64,000 nt of DNA from Acanthaster planci (Eukaryota): assembly GCF_001949145.1 (NCBI RefSeq), contig NW_019091355.1, positions 2,069,107 through 2,133,106 of the forward strand. Reading direction: 5' to 3'. The number at the start of each line of letters is the position of its first letter. Position 1 is the stretch's first letter. The notes beneath the pieces are model-generated. The model searched no databases. It was not told the origin of the DNA and was given only the letters and a program-made list of their open reading frames with translations. This document shows positions 24,762 to 38,700 of the stretch, one piece after another. The position numbers and the translations under genes were made by a program.

Positions 24762-26287
24762 ATGGATGATATTTTAAATGCACAGGCAAGGGATGAAGAT
24801 GATTTCTACAAGTTGCTGGGGTGCGATGAGTTGTCCACAGTAAGTTTTTAATTTTAAGGTCATCAGTGGATTTGCACCAATGGTGTTACAGTTGGCAATT
24901 CAATTTGTTTTGTTTGAAATTTAGAATTATAAAACTAAAGAAACTCATTATGTATTTTAACCAGAGTTAGTCTTAGTTTTAGAATGTGTAGCAATCTTTT
25001 AAGAGTAAATTTTGAAATTTTTATTCAAGCGCAAATTAATCTTTGGTTTTTTTGTCCACCAGTAGGCCTACAATTGCAGTTCTTTGGAATGGCGTCATTC
25101 CATTCTTTTACATATTATTATTAACCTTGGTTATTTAAATTTGTAAATTCCTGTTTTCCTGTCCACAGACTGAGCAAATAAATACTGAATTCAAGTTGAA
25201 AGCACTTATTGCCCATCCGGATAAGAATCCTGATGATCCAAATGCAGCAAAGAGATTCGCTGAGCTGCAACGAGCCCGGGACATCCTGACGGATGATAAA
25301 CGACGCCAGGAGTATGACTTCTGGAGGCGGAGTGGAATCGCCGTCCCGTACAGTTCCTGGATTTCAATGAAGGATGCCATGCATACTGTGAGTAATTCAG
25401 TCATACATGTGTGTGATGATGATAGTGCTTTTTGAGGATAGGAGGCCCTTTTTGCATCACGAATTGACAAATGCGTATTGTAATGCGCGGAAAGAAAGTT
25501 TCTTCAACAAAAGACTGTTTCGTGTGTCAGAAATTCATGCACCACACATCACATCTTCTGTTTGTGATCGATATGTTTGCATGATCTGAAGAGTCCCTTG
25601 ATAATGAACCTGTACCAAGGGAGTAGAAACTTGGCTGGTCCTGGATTTAGAGAAATGTTCGCAGATTTCTACTGTACCTGTTTCACACAAAACTCAACTT
25701 TCTGCTATTGGCAGTCCATGCACTGGGCAGTGAAGAAGAAAAAAGACCTGATGCTAGAGGAAGACCCAGACAACCTCACCGAATCTCCTGGGGACAGTGA
25801 CATGAATGCGTCCTCCTGTACACACACAGCGATTCCTTCAAGCTGTGGTAAGATGCTGCCTGTTACAGATTATGCCGGCGTGAAAATGAACTTTTCAGCA
25901 ATATACAGAAGATCAACATGGTTGAATTTACATTAGTTCAGCTTGACAGTCGGCACTTTGGCGTAAAGGGGGGCCACAGTATCAGCTAGGGGGGCCACAT
26001 CACAAGAACGAAACAGATTTTTTTATACTTATACTTTTTACCGTTGGGGGGGCCAGCTTCCTGCCAGGGGAGCCTGGCCCCCCTATGGCCCCCTTTGACG
26101 ACGGACCCAGATGGGCTGAGCTCTCAACCAATAAGAATGGTCGAACTGTTTTAGATACTTATGAATGTGCTTTTGTTGCATATTTGTTTTTTTTACTTCA
26201 GGTCAGTCCAGACGATTCATCCCTGCTAGTTGGACCAGGGAGCCCGCCAATGACATCCTCCAGAAGTTCAGAAATTATAATTTATGA
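24762..26287 (+). CDS. DNAJC12: DnaJ homolog subfamily C member 12 (JDP1), 171 aa; exons 24762-24839, 25169-25387, 25715-25847, 26202-26287
   Basis: MDDILN…DFYKLLGCDELST-TEQI…HPDKNP J-domain…SMHWAV…, ending in ILQKFRNYNL*, which matches the family's C-terminal KFRNYEI motif. In-frame GT-AG junctions. Confidence 0.95.
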
Positions 26288-26855
26288 GTTTGAGGTTGTA
26301 CTCATCAACATCTTCTCACAGCCGTATTCTCATAGGAAGGTTAATAACATATAACTTGAGCCATACGAACGGCTCGCGCAAAACATGTACATTCGTCATG
26401 CAGTTCACTTTGGATCATTTTCATGCATTGTCATGCAGTTCTACAAATATTTTTTAGATAACTTGGACAAGGATAAGCACGAGTTCCATGACGTGAATTT
26501 ATCTGTAACACATCCCAACACTCTCTCATCTTAAGCAGGCCTTTGTTTAATTGTGAGGTAATCAGATGTTACCTGGAAGTATCCTTTTTGATTTTCATGT
26601 CTTGTATCTACCTTGATAACTTAGTCAGCTGTAAAGGTTGTGATACGTGTAGCGCTGTGTATTGAAATGGTCCCTTTGTGAGTTATGTATGCTGTTTTAG
26701 GTCACATGCATGCCCTCAAGTCGTACTTACTAGTCAAGTATAGGCTCTGCAATGGCTACTGGTTGTCAATGGTCTTATGCAGTGAAACTGACTTCTCAAG
26801 TTACTTCTGAATTTGTTGTAGTGACAGACTTACTTACTCCATAACATGTAATACA

Positions 26856-27055
26856 CGGTGGCGTAGTGGGAAGGGGGAGCTGGGGGGCATGTGCCCCCTA
26901 TAAATTCCCGGTGCCCCCCACACTGAAAAAAAATGAATGGATATTGAAAAAGGCTAACAAAAACTTGCCCCCCAAAAGCCACACCACTGAAAGCTGGTGC
27001 CCCCCCNTGCTGGTGCCCCCTTTGTGCCCCCAGTAAAATCCTAGCTACGCCACTG
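26856..27055. mobile_element. hAT-type MITE (200 bp)
   Basis: TIRs CGGTGGCGTAG / CTACGCCACTG. Perfect 8-bp TSD GTAATACA at 26848-26855 and 27056-27063. Confidence 0.9.
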
Positions 27056-28813
27056 GTAATACATAACCAGCAGAGTTACGTATGGCATGCCATGTCATAC
27101 GCCATGGCATAAAGTTGGCCATTTGCCCAGTTGATGTTCATTCGAGATTTCACAAAAGTCATATTATATAGCTGAATTTTATTGAATGCCATTTTTTCCC
27201 TAATAATGTATGCACCAGATGTATATTTTCGCAATCTAAAAGCAGGGTTTAGTGAGATTGATACAAACGTTTCATAGAATTTTCCAGGCCGTATTTAAGA
27301 CACATAATCTTGCCATCCATTTTCAGAATGAAGTGAAACCGTTGAATGTACTGTTTTTTCGTTTCAAAGATATTCACTATTCAAATCATGGTGGAGGTTT
27401 TGTTAACCCTGCATATTTAAGGGCAATGCATGTTTTGTTTATACTTTGTACATTTTTTTCCTATTTATTGTAATGCTCGTAGTGATTTAAATACATTGGT
27501 ATATATCAAATAGAATAAATGTATGACTTATTAGTTTTGTTATTGGCACAAATTAAGAAAGGCATTCACAAACTGGTCATCCAAAACTTTATGTGAAAAG
27601 ATTTTAGAGGTGTTTTTGAAAAGCATTTTGTGCATAACGCAGGTGAAATGTATGACTGGCCTTGATACCACAAAATGAGTCTTTTCAAGGATGTTTGCTT
27701 CACTTTAAGTTCATTTTCTCAGCCAAGTTTCGCTGAGTTGAACACTGTAATAAAGGCATTAAATGGGAGAAAATAGCAATGATTCATGATAATGATCCTT
27801 GAAGAAGACTTATGTGTGAACCGGGATGAACAAAGTGATCTCAACCAACAGAGAGGTTGCTGTAATGGAACAATGCACCTCTTGATGATAACGCATAACC
27901 ATGAACCATCTGTAAGTGGTCCAATTTAACCATTCACTGCAGTAGATGAAGTCTTGGATGTAGAGTGAGTGAAAAGTATTGTGAATTTCGAGTGTACGTT
28001 AGCAGAGTACTTGTTCACAATATATAAATGTATCAAGAATTAATTGTAGTACTCCGATTGTAGTCAAAGCAATGTGCACAAGGTAAATGTACCTGTGAAG
28101 GATTAAAGCCACTGATACTTTCTGTTTCTTCATGAATTTTATTTACACACGTGTTTTGCAAAGGACAGTGACAACATCAGAGAATAAGTGTATTAAAATA
28201 CAAAGATGAGCTTTTGAAAAGTTTTTTTTGTCTGAAGATAGGCCATATCATTTATCCATTTCCAATTGCTAACTGGTCATGCATGCATGAGGGGGGGTGT
28301 GATTGGAGGAAACAGAACAATCCATGAAATGATAACCATACAGCAGTGTTGGGTGTATCGAATACACTTTTACCTGCCTAAGGCACCCCTTAGAACACCC
28401 ATTTCTAGTAAATGTAACTTTTATATGTAAAAGCACCTTAATGGTAAAGTTGGGATTCTGAAGATTTTCAAAGAGATCATTTGAAAAATCTCGAAATCAG
28501 AAAATCCTGAGGAAAATCCTAAAGTAAGGACAAATCCTGATAAATTTCACCCCAGATGCTTAGAAAGGGAAACTGTGGCCTCTCATATGCTTGTTAGGTC
28601 TGGCCACTTGAATGCCCCAGGCACAGAAATCACATGACCAAAAGACAGAACAGCAACACTTAGCACCTGACATTTTAGATCAATTAATCTGGGCAATGTA
28701 AGAATGTTTTGTCATTCTTCGTCAAGACGAAATGAATTGGCGCTGTTACGTGAGCCATGAAATAGATACAATAAACTTAAACCATCATTTTAAATGTAAA
28801 CTCTACCCTAAAG

Positions 28814-31800
28814 TCAAAGTATAACTTTCTCCTGTTCAGAGCTCAATCCCACACTTTCAAGTTCGTCTACTGGTGCTGGGAGGTATTTCTCGAAGTTGAT
28901 GCGCACTCCATCCAGGAGGAAAGCATTGATCGTCAACTTGGTGACAAAAGGTCCTGGCAAAAAGTTCAGAAATACATATTTAAAAAAAAAATCAATATCC
29001 TCAGTAAAACTTCAGGCTCCAACTATGGCCAATTGAGGGCTAAATCAATTTTCCTCTCTGTCAAAAAATGAAAAAAAAATCTACTACAGGGAGTGCTGAA
29101 CTTGCCCTGAGAAATGACCAAATTGAGCAAATGGGCTAAGTACAGCAACTTGTCAGCAATCGCTAAACACAAACCTGTGAAAACATTACCAAATGCCTTC
29201 ATGTACTTAGTTAAGTATAAACTGTCAGCATCAGTGCTTACCAAACTCTGGTGGCTTATGCTTGCAGATGTCAGTGATGATACACTGCATGTTCTCTTCA
29301 AGCTGGTCATTGGTGAGGCTCAGCTGGTTAAAGGGCAAAGGTCATGACAGAATTATTCAAGGTGATTTATTTTGTATTTCATCAGATGATATCTTGCGAG
29401 ATTACATGTTGAGATCTACAGTCTTCTTGTAACTTTTCTTGACTTATTAGAGAATTACAAGTATTTTGGGTTAAAATTGCTACAATTTGAAGGAATAAAT
29501 GAGATAACAACAGGTGACTTTCGTAAAAATGATTTTTGGGGGGAACTTTAGTCAAAGGTTTCATTTTACCCGATCCCTTATTATTTTCCCAAAAGGATCC
29601 AGTGAAATGCAACAAAATCCAACACGGCTGAAAATGGAATCTTTCATAAGTACAACAAAATGCAACAGTGGATTTGGTTGCATTGTGCACTTTACCGGTT
29701 ACCTTGGCCTCTGCCAATAGTGTGGACTGTTAAATCCAACGTTTCTTACAGTAACAACAACTTTTCACCACTGCTGAATTCTGTTGTATTTGACAGGGCT
29801 AGCGTTCAAAAAAAGGTTGTGTTACCTTGCCAATTGCAACGTTGACATGTTTGCCCTTAATCTGACACTTATACTCTTGTCCTTTCTTGTATCTGTGTAT
29901 CATGCTTGGGAGATCCAGCCCAACCGATCCTGTGATAAACAATTATTTAATTCAATTTAAAAGAACAAGAGACATTTTCTTCAGTGGTCATGTTTTAATG
30001 TGTTCAATACTTATTTTTCAAATATTCAATTACAAGTTTTCTGCATAGAAATAAATCAGGAGATTGCTACCTCTTTTTGAGTTTGGGAACCTCTTCCTCA
30101 ACAACTGCCTCAGAGGTGCCAGCTCCGCCATCATGTCTGGGGACGACACGCAGTAATCAAAGTCCTTGACTTCTTTGGAGAGAACCTTGGGGACCAATTC
30201 TTCACCCCCGACTATGTCTGCCCTGGCGTCTATAGCAACTTGTGCGTCTGAACCCTGTGGAGGACAGTACAGTAAAAATACGACCTCATTAGTTACCAGG
30301 CTCCATTTGGTTCCCTAAACCTTGACTGACATTGTGAATTCCAGACAAACAACCCCGTTTAATTAATAATGACCAGATTCCCAGTCACTTCACAAGGAGT
30401 TTTGACTACGTGTAACTCCAAAAAGGGTTCAACATTAGAGACATTTAATGATTTAGATTATTTATTATTTAGATTTATTAGATTATGACATTACCATGAT
30501 TTCCTAATGTAATTCTGAGCCAGAAGAGACTGAATATTTGAATCTATTCTTTACCAATGAAACTCACCCTTGCAAAGCAGAGTACTGTGTTGTCTGGCTT
30601 GAAAGCATGTGGCAGTATCAGCATACTCTGGAATGGATCCACTAATTTCTGAAGGAGATAAAAACAAGAACAATAATGAAAGAGGTTGTTGATAATGAAA
30701 TGAAAGGGCATTTGACTGTATCCACATAAAAAGGACTAAAGACTCTACTTTTTCAGATGATTTGTTTAAAGCAAAAATTTCTGAATGAAGCTTAATTTGA
30801 TTAAAATGTGAATAACTGATCATTTGCCGAAGTCACAAACTCTTTGTTAATTGCCATGTCTGAATCCACTGGTTGAGTGTGAGTTTGACTCTGGGTGTTA
30901 ATCACTGATCATTATGAGTCCTGTCCGGGTCAATGACAATAACAGGACACTCAGCAATGCTGACTCAGACTTAGTGCTCACAACCACAACTCTCCGCACT
31001 GTCACACCTTCTTCTTCAGGGCCATGTCCAGATTGACTGAAATGGTGACCGTGCGGTCGGCGTATTTGTTCCGCCGACGACAAAACATCCAGGTGTCTTG
31101 CTTCCTCAGTATCTCCATAGCCTCATGGAATGATTTCAGCTGTGGTGGGTAGTGCATGTGGAGGTAGACATCGTCCACTGGCTTCCAGGCTAGATAGTCT
31201 TTGGGTCTCTCTTGCACTACCATAGCTTCCTCTGCTACTGTTTCTTCAGCTGGTTCATCACTGACCTGGCCTGTAATGCTTGAGAAGCTGTGAAAACCAG
31301 TAAATTTATCCGTGAAAAGCACCTCACTGATTAAAAATCTTACTTGAGGCTCAGAGTTGTAGAATTCATCAAAACCTGAATGTGCATTTGAAACACTGTC
31401 TCATCCGGCAACCTGTCTATCTGTCCTGAGGACAGACAAAACCAAATTTGGACAGGCAATTTTGCTTGTTCAAAGTTATAAGCCCTAAACTTTTACCTAT
31501 ATCCTTAACGTTGGTGAAAAAGTCTTCACCTTTTCTTCCAAAATACTGGGAGCAGTAAAAAATGGCCTCAGATAGCACTGAGGGATGTCAGTTTCAGAAC
31601 TTTTGTCCTGGGAGACCACAGACTAAGAAGGGACAGGCAGACACATCGATCCCAGATGAACCCTGATTTGAGAAGAGAACAAAGCAGCTTTTTTCTATTA
31701 AAACAGAATGAAACTTTAGTTAGATTAACCGAGTTTGCATTGCTCCATAAATCAATACCTTCTACTCTGCAAATACCCTGGGCTGGTGAAGACAGATCTG

Positions 31801-33588
31801 CTGCCTTGCTGGGAGTCGGAGATTGACGCTTGGCAATGGAAGCTGCAAATCACATCTTGCTGGAGTCTGTGGCGCACGTGCCGCAAGCCTGCAATGAAAG
31901 GTGACATGACTAGAGTACAAATTGTGTATGCATACTTCTTACACTTCGAATTGATTGATACAGTTTATAGGTTTAAGTCTTTTAACCATCCTACGGTTTA
32001 ACAGCACAAATATGCACGAAGGCCCACAGTCACCGTATGTCCGGTAGTCGTGATCAAATTGAAACTGTACACAGGACATTGCGGCACTCAAAAATCAGTC
32101 GTCGACGGGGTATGCTTTTTGTGAATGGTCTGCTACCAGCGTGCTGTGACATTGTCTCCAGGACATTAACATGGAGTTCAAATCGCTATTTGAACAAGAT
32201 GGCGACACTGCGCTCAACGACAAGACCATTTCCGATATGAAGGGGAGATTTCTCTTTTCTTCCCAAGGGTGTATGAAGCTTATCATCATTATTGGAACCT
32301 CTGATTCTCATTTGATCCTCAGTCAGGTGCATTAGACAGTTTAAGGACCATTTTGGAGGTGGATTCGGAGCATTTTGATTCAGTGTAAGAGCTTTTTTGA
32401 GTGAAATGAATTAATGGAAGCAAAAACCTATGGAAGGTACTTGGACCCTACTATCACCCGACCATGTCCAAATGTTAAAAGAGTGATTTGTAGGGTCCAA
32501 GTTACTGGGACTAGGGGCCCATGTACACGGCTACCTGTAAGGTTTGTAGGCCCCTATAAGCCGAATCACGAGGTATAGCAATAGTGGTTTTAAAAAGGAG
32601 AATTCAAGTTGTTATGTTCACATGAATTTAAAGAACGCAGTGTACTAGATTTGGGTCAAAGTTAACTCGCAAAAGACTTAATGTTTTTTTATGTGGCCTG
32701 GAAGTACGGGGTGGCGGGGTATTCTGCAATGGACCTTGGTTACTTATTCATCCTTGGAATAGGACCAAACAGTTACTTCTTTAACACTGAATGTCGAACA
32801 ATGAACTAACTTCACCAATGACATCGATGTCTGAACATGCTTAAGTTATAACTAACCATCATGGCCATGCATGCTAACTAGCATGATTAGGCTAGCTACT
32901 TGAACATGTTGAAGTTGAATTAGCTGGAAGGACTATCTCAAGAGTTCTGGATAAATTTTAGGGTTAAAAAATCGGGGAATTGTATACTTGGACCCCCTCC
33001 CCAGTTTTTTGACATTTTAATCTTGCAAAACTGGTAAGTCCCCCCCAAAAAACAAAGGCAACACTCTCTCTATTGCGCTGATCCTATTTTTTGGAAACTT
33101 CAAATTGTAGGCCTAGGCCTAAATTGTGAGAAAACGTGACTTTCTCACTGGTAAACTAACCATGCAAATTTGAATCACGCGTGTGGTACATGTTAAAACA
33201 CTCACAGTTTCCCCTCAAAATTCCCCTCAAAACCCTGCCCTTTTTTGATAACATTAAACCTACACTACAGATATTAAGCATGATGTCACAGTTTCTCCCG
33301 AGGTGAATTCAAAAGATGTAGCTCTCTCAAAATGATAGGCCTAGGTCTAATGGCATTAGACCTAGGCCTAGTATCATTTTGAATTCACATGATCGTGATG
33401 ATTAACAAAAAGGAACAGGGTCCCCAAATTTACAATCCCCCAAAACCGCAAGTGATCTGTTGACTCACATAAAAAAGAACATCCTTCCAAGAAGTCACAA
33501 TCAAATCATACAAACCTCTAGCATGGCTTGAACTCCTTGAAATAGCAGCAGCTACTCTGACACTCATCATGCTCATGGAGGCTGCCAT
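28814..33588 (-). CDS. MRPL1: Mitochondrial ribosomal protein uL1m, ~357 aa; exons 33588-33516, 31888-31759, 31287-31008, 30648-30568, 30254-30071, 29929-29826, 29323-29242, 28953-28814
   Basis: Presequence-like MAASMSMMSVRVAAAISR; PVDDVYL…, VNLDMALKK-KLVDPF…LPHAF…VLCFA, ADIVGGEELV, LRKRFPNSKRGSVG, VAIGKL…QLEENM, GPFVT. Eight exons join in frame (1074 nt). Confidence 0.9.
33336..33370. repeat. Perfect 17-bp inverted repeat with 1-nt spacer
   Basis: TAGGCCTAGGTCTAATG-G-CATTAGACCTAGGCCTA, extendable past a bulge by TCAAAATGA / TCATTTTGA. Confidence 0.9.
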
Positions 33589-34252
33589 CTTGAATTTGTT
33601 TTCCCATAGACGTAAAGACGTAGCCTTCCGATCCGAAGCATGCACAGTGCAGTGAACTTCAATGTTTTGGTAGCGTCCAATTTAGAAGAAAGGAGGGTGT
33701 ACGTGTAGGAACACCCCCCCACTCCTAATAAAATACACAAAAGCAGTAATTTACGTGTAGATATGTCATGATGTGACGATGTGAAAAGCTAAGGACGGAC
33801 AAATAATGCACGATATGGCCTCATGATACAAGCTAAAAAACTGATTTCACTTGCCATTTTTTCCCTTTAGTTGCAGAGAGACGTTTTAACCCTAGCAAAA
33901 GATTCACTGCCCGAATACCCGGCCTACATTATCCCCTTAATCCTTCATTTGTTCGTGGAAACTATTCGTTTTTATATATTGTGAGTATTTCAATATTGGT
34001 TATAATGATATTCACAAAAGCAAAGCTAAAAAACTTATATTTTCTGTTGTAAAGCGAAAAGAACACCTCTGTCACATAATGGTTTTGGCCATGGATTACC
34101 CAATCTCAAAGTGCGCATGCGCGCATATTTAAGCGCATTCGATTACCTGCCATCTTGGATTTCGGAAGTAAAAACTGCTGTGAAACGAGTCCCGAATAAA
34201 TGACAATTTAGACAGTTTCTTAGATTTTCCCGACACAAAATACTCAATGAAG
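33589..34252. promoter_or_regulatory. Bidirectional promoter MRPL1 / CNOT6 with CNOT6 non-coding exon 1
   Basis: NRF1 consensus TGCGCATGCGCG 34112-34123, YY1-type GCCATCTT 34149-34156, ETS-type CGGAAGT 34163-34169, plus-strand donor AAG|GTAAGG at 34252/34253. Confidence 0.65.
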
Positions 34253-34739
34253 GTAAGGTTGACAATCATATCCATCATTAGATCTTTCAAGTATGCCAGT
34301 TTTGGTTTCAGCAATGGAAAGAAATTCTAGTTAAAAACCTGTTTGCATAATAATCGACCAAGTTGTTGACTTCGAATCTAAACAATATATAGAGAAAAAA
34401 GTCCATTGTTCTTCAGAACCGTTGGGAATAGAAGAGTTGACCATGTACTATGTAGATAGTGAATGAGTGATTATATTGATTATTATGTCAAACTTCGGTG
34501 TATATTAAAATCTCTTTACAGTTCACAAAATATTCTATTTCAATTTGTCTGGCACGTTTTTTTAAAACTTGTCATGCTTGTGAATTAGTTGTGTATTGCC
34601 TGGTGTAGGCCTAGCCCTATGCCTCGTTATTGTGAAATTTGGAGGCCCTTTGAATTTAACAAATCTACATTACTACTTGTGGATAGGTTGTAAATGTTTT
34701 GGCGTTCATTACCATTAGCACCCTGTTCTTATATTAACA

Positions 34740-34877
34740 TTAACCTAGTAACTGTCAAGCGTAATGTTTGGCTTACACTTCACAGTACTGCAAAATACTA
34801 AGTAATAGTCTGAGCCTGAAGGACCTAGCGCTACAGATTACTACTTCTGGCTAGGTTACTTCCATTGTTACTCGTAC
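34740..34877 (-). mobile_element. Partial inverted copy of the piggyBac-like MITE
   Basis: Reverse-complement match to the 3' half of the 42458-42763 element (CTGAGCC…AAGGACCTAGCGCTACAGATTACT…CTGGCTAGG…TTCCATTGTTACTCGTAC). Confidence 0.7.
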
Positions 34878-35284
34878 TACGGAGTAGTACGGAGTAGGCC
34901 TTACTGTTCAGGAAGAAGTTCCATACATGGATATCACTGATTTTTCCCAGCTGTGGTTAAATCAGCCATTAGAAAGTGAAAACAATTCCAAAAATGTCAA
35001 ATTCAGCAGGGAAAATTTTGACATATTAACACAGAAAATACAGGTTTTTTTTACAAAACTTACAAGGCTCGTGTACATACAAGGTTCCAAGTGATACTTG
35101 TGTGTGGAACTCTCACCTTGTGAGGCCGTAATATTTCTTGCACAATTAACAGAAATTGTAATGTTGCTCCGTTGTGTCAGGCATCATTCTTTTAGATAAT
35201 GAACAGTTTTAGACAAAGCAGTTTTTAAAACAAAAGGAAGGTGAATTGTGGTGGCTGGCAGAAAACTTGAGCATTCCAAATTAA

Positions 35285-35558
35285 CCCTAACCTCACCGAA
35301 AGCTTCAAAATACCACTTAGTAGCAAAATGTAGCATACATGCATGCATTGTTCTCTGAAGCCATAAAATACAATAGATAAGACAAAGTACCGTTCAGTGC
35401 TGTGGCACTAAGAACATATGACTTTATCTGTACGAGTAATAATGGAAGTGCCCTAGCCAGAAGTAGTAATTTGTAGTGCTAGGTTTAGGCTCAGACTACC
35501 ACATAGTATTTTGCACTACTGAGTCCTATACCCCAGGTGATACGCCAGGGGGTTAGCG
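35285..35558 (+). mobile_element. piggyBac-like MITE copy
   Basis: TTAA-CCCTAACC … GGTTAGCG-CTAA. Interior homologous to 42458-42763. Confidence 0.75.
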
Positions 35559-35785
35559 CTAATGTTCTTACAAGTTTGGGATTTAAAATCCGCTTCCTTG
35601 TGTACATTGTCATTGTGAATTTGAAAAGGAATGCTCATCTGAAGGTTGTGCCTTCAAATTCCCAGTGAAAACTCTAAAACTCCAGTGTGAAATATTCCGC
35701 ATGTACAATATGGATCATAATTTAATCCTTTGGTCTTCCCCTCCCCCTCGTGTTGCGCCTGCCTCCTGCAGAAAAAACCTCCAGG

Positions 35786-38700
35786 ATGCCTAAGGACCGG
35801 CACGATGCACAAAATAACCACAACAACCACCGACGGCAGCACCGCATCATGTCGCCGGAGGACCTGGTCTCGGGCAAGAAGCCCCACTGGGAGCAGCTGG
35901 AGATTGTGGGCACCATTCGCAACCTCAGCCCCCAGCTCTGGAACCTGCGCTTCCTGACGGCGCTCTACCTGAACGACAACAACCTCACCCGGGTGCCGGC
36001 CGAGATCTGCAAGCTGACTTCCCTCACCCACCTGGACCTGTCAGCCAACAAGCTGCGCAGTCTTCCCGTGGAGCTGGGAGACCTAGTCACGCTCAGGTAA
36101 GAGGAATAGATACTTTTCCTCCTCCCCCCCCCCAAAAAAATAAAAACCCAATTACCAGAAGTGTGACTGGAACCCACAGAATGTGTTGTCAGGCAGTTTT
36201 GGAAAAGTTATGGGAAATAAGGGGCCCATTTTTTGTGTGTCCCTGTCACATCTAACTGGATTTTGTAAGTTCAGAACACATTTTCTAATTTCCAAGAGTG
36301 ATGAATTAGTGAAAATTACCTGCCAAACNNNNNNNNNNNNNNNNNNNNNNNNNNNNNNNNNNNNNNNNNNNNNNTTTTCTGGAATTACCCTTATTTCATT
36401 TTAGTTTGCATAAAAAAAATTGAGATCTTTTTCTGGATGCATCATTCGCTTTAACATCGTGATGAAAATGGGCAGAATATGGTTGGAAAAAAAATGGACA
36501 CAATAAGAAAATGGTTAACATATTCAAGCATTCTTCATGAGTAATGATACATGGAGCTCAGGTGAAAATGCTGAGACAGGGTTTCTGAAGTGTAAAATCC
36601 ATGCAGTAAATGGATTTTTGGCCGGTGAGGACGTGAAGGGGGCACTGGATAAGTGGTATCCTTCTGTAACAGTTATCAACCTGGGCTGCATGCAGTCAGA
36701 GTATGAAGTAAACAGCAATTACCAGCTGTTACAGGGCAAAAAATCTAGTGATACACATCTGTAGGTATTCTTATGTTTATGGTATAATACGGGCGATTTG
36801 CAATAGTGCGCCTCCAAGAGTTTGCAATGCGTTGGCCAATCATAATGCATGAAATTTGTCGACCCTTTCCAAACACGCATTGGGTCGACAGATTTCGCGC
36901 ATTGTGATTGGCCAGCGCGTTGCTAACTCTTGGAGGCGCTCTATTGTCAATCGCCCGTATTACACCACACTGCTTCACTGGGGTACAGTACTCCAACATG
37001 CCTAATTGACATGCACATATTGCATGCGCTGGTTGTATACATATATGTACATGTACATGTACATATATGCATGTAGGTACATGCACATCTATGTGACATA
37101 CATGTACCTTAACCCTAACCCCCTAGGCTCCTGCAGTAGAAAGCATACTGAACCTCACAAAATCCAACAGGTTCATGTACTTGTCTATGTACTTGTACAT
37201 GCAGCTTACTGTACCAAACAGCCAAACCTGATAAACTCCAACAGAATGAGCCCGTTGGAGTGTGAGTGATATGGTATGGATGGGTCTATGCAGTATAGGT
37301 TTGGTACTGTTCAGTGCAAGTCACCTGACTTGCACTGAACAGTACCAAACCTGACAAAATCAAACATAGTCCAACAATTGGTACAGCAAGCCAGACACTG
37401 CACATAGTGACCCTTGTGTGTCCCAACTCACACAGAATCCAGCACCATTTCCCTGGGCCTTTCATCCCAAGTCTCATAAAATTCAACAAGTTCAAGTTCA
37501 TCAGGTACAGTACCAAACCTGACAAAATCAAGCATAGTCCAACAATTGGTACAGCAAGCCAAACACTGCACACAATGAACCCTGTACGTCCCAACTCACA
37601 CAGAATCCAACACCATCTCCCTGGGCCTTTCATCCCAAGTCTCACAAAATTCAACAAGTTCCTCGGGTAAGGTACCAAACCTGCCAAAACCTCACAAAAC
37701 CTGCTGTTGGAGTATGGCAGGGTTTGGGTAGTTAGTTTGCACTGTTACTTAACTCCTTAATCCAGTGAGGATAGATTTGTTTCTACTTCACCACTAATAC
37801 ATGTACTTTACAGGCACTTACATTACATGTACACTTACATTACATGTACACGCATACATGCAAGTTGACCTTTAGTGTTTGCTGGTTAGCTATTAATGCA
37901 TTAAAAAGCATTCCAAATTCAGTTTACATACTGTACAGTGTACACCTGTGGCCCATTGTAACATTCGAGTACACATGCATCTGTATAATGTGAAACTACA
38001 ATAGATATCTTGGTTGTGAATTGCATGCAAATGTAACTTAATGTGCATATTATGTGGAAATGATTGAGGTGTACAACGAAAACAAAATATTCAATGTGTG
38101 GCCTTCACTTGGGGGGGGAGGGGACCACTTTCATTTTGGTTGGACTGTTTATTTTTCTGTACACACACGCACACACAAAAACTAAAAAAAGAAAAAAAAA
38201 CCTTGTACTTCAGTTATACTGCTAAATAGACAGACACAAATAGCTTCAGCCAAAACCTGAGTGTACTTCCTGAGTGTACTGTTTTCATACTACATAAATG
38301 TAATTGGATTAAACACAAGCAAAGGGAATGAAGTCCGATTGAATGNNNNNNNNNNNNNNNNNNNNNNNNNNNNNNNNNNNNNNNNNNNNNNNNNNNNNNN
38401 NNNNNNNNNNNNNNNNNNNNNNNNNNNNNNNNNNNNNNNNNNNNNNNNNNNNNNNNNNNNNNNNNNNNNNNNNNNNNNNNNNNNNNNNNNNNNNNNNNNN
38501 NNNNNNNNNNNNNNNNNNNNNNNNNNNNNNNNNNNNNNNNNNNNNNNNNNNNNNNNNNNNNNNNNNNNNNNNNNNNNNNNNNNNNNNNNNNNNNNNNNNN
38601 NNNTCATCACTGCGGTGGTGGAGCGCTTTTGGCCCCGGTGGTAATCCGCTCGCTCTCAATGCCCCAAACCCTAGTATAGGGTTTCAAAATAAGGCTGGAT

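Noticed and set aside
25411..25500. C/D box snoRNA in DNAJC12 intron (GTGATGA)
   Set aside because: No suitably placed D box or terminal stem found.
32190..32240. AAGATGGCG start of a nested plus-strand gene in MRPL1 intron 1
   Set aside because: The frame closes after 13 codons with no donor; more likely a repeat remnant.
35281..35292. TAACCCTAAC as interstitial telomere
   Set aside because: Fewer than two full units; here it is the TTAA plus TIR of the piggyBac-like MITE.
37286..37687. 133-aa hydrophobic repeat ORF, or a CRISPR-like array
   Set aside because: Translation of a tandem DNA repeat; no splice support, no unique spacers, eukaryotic context.
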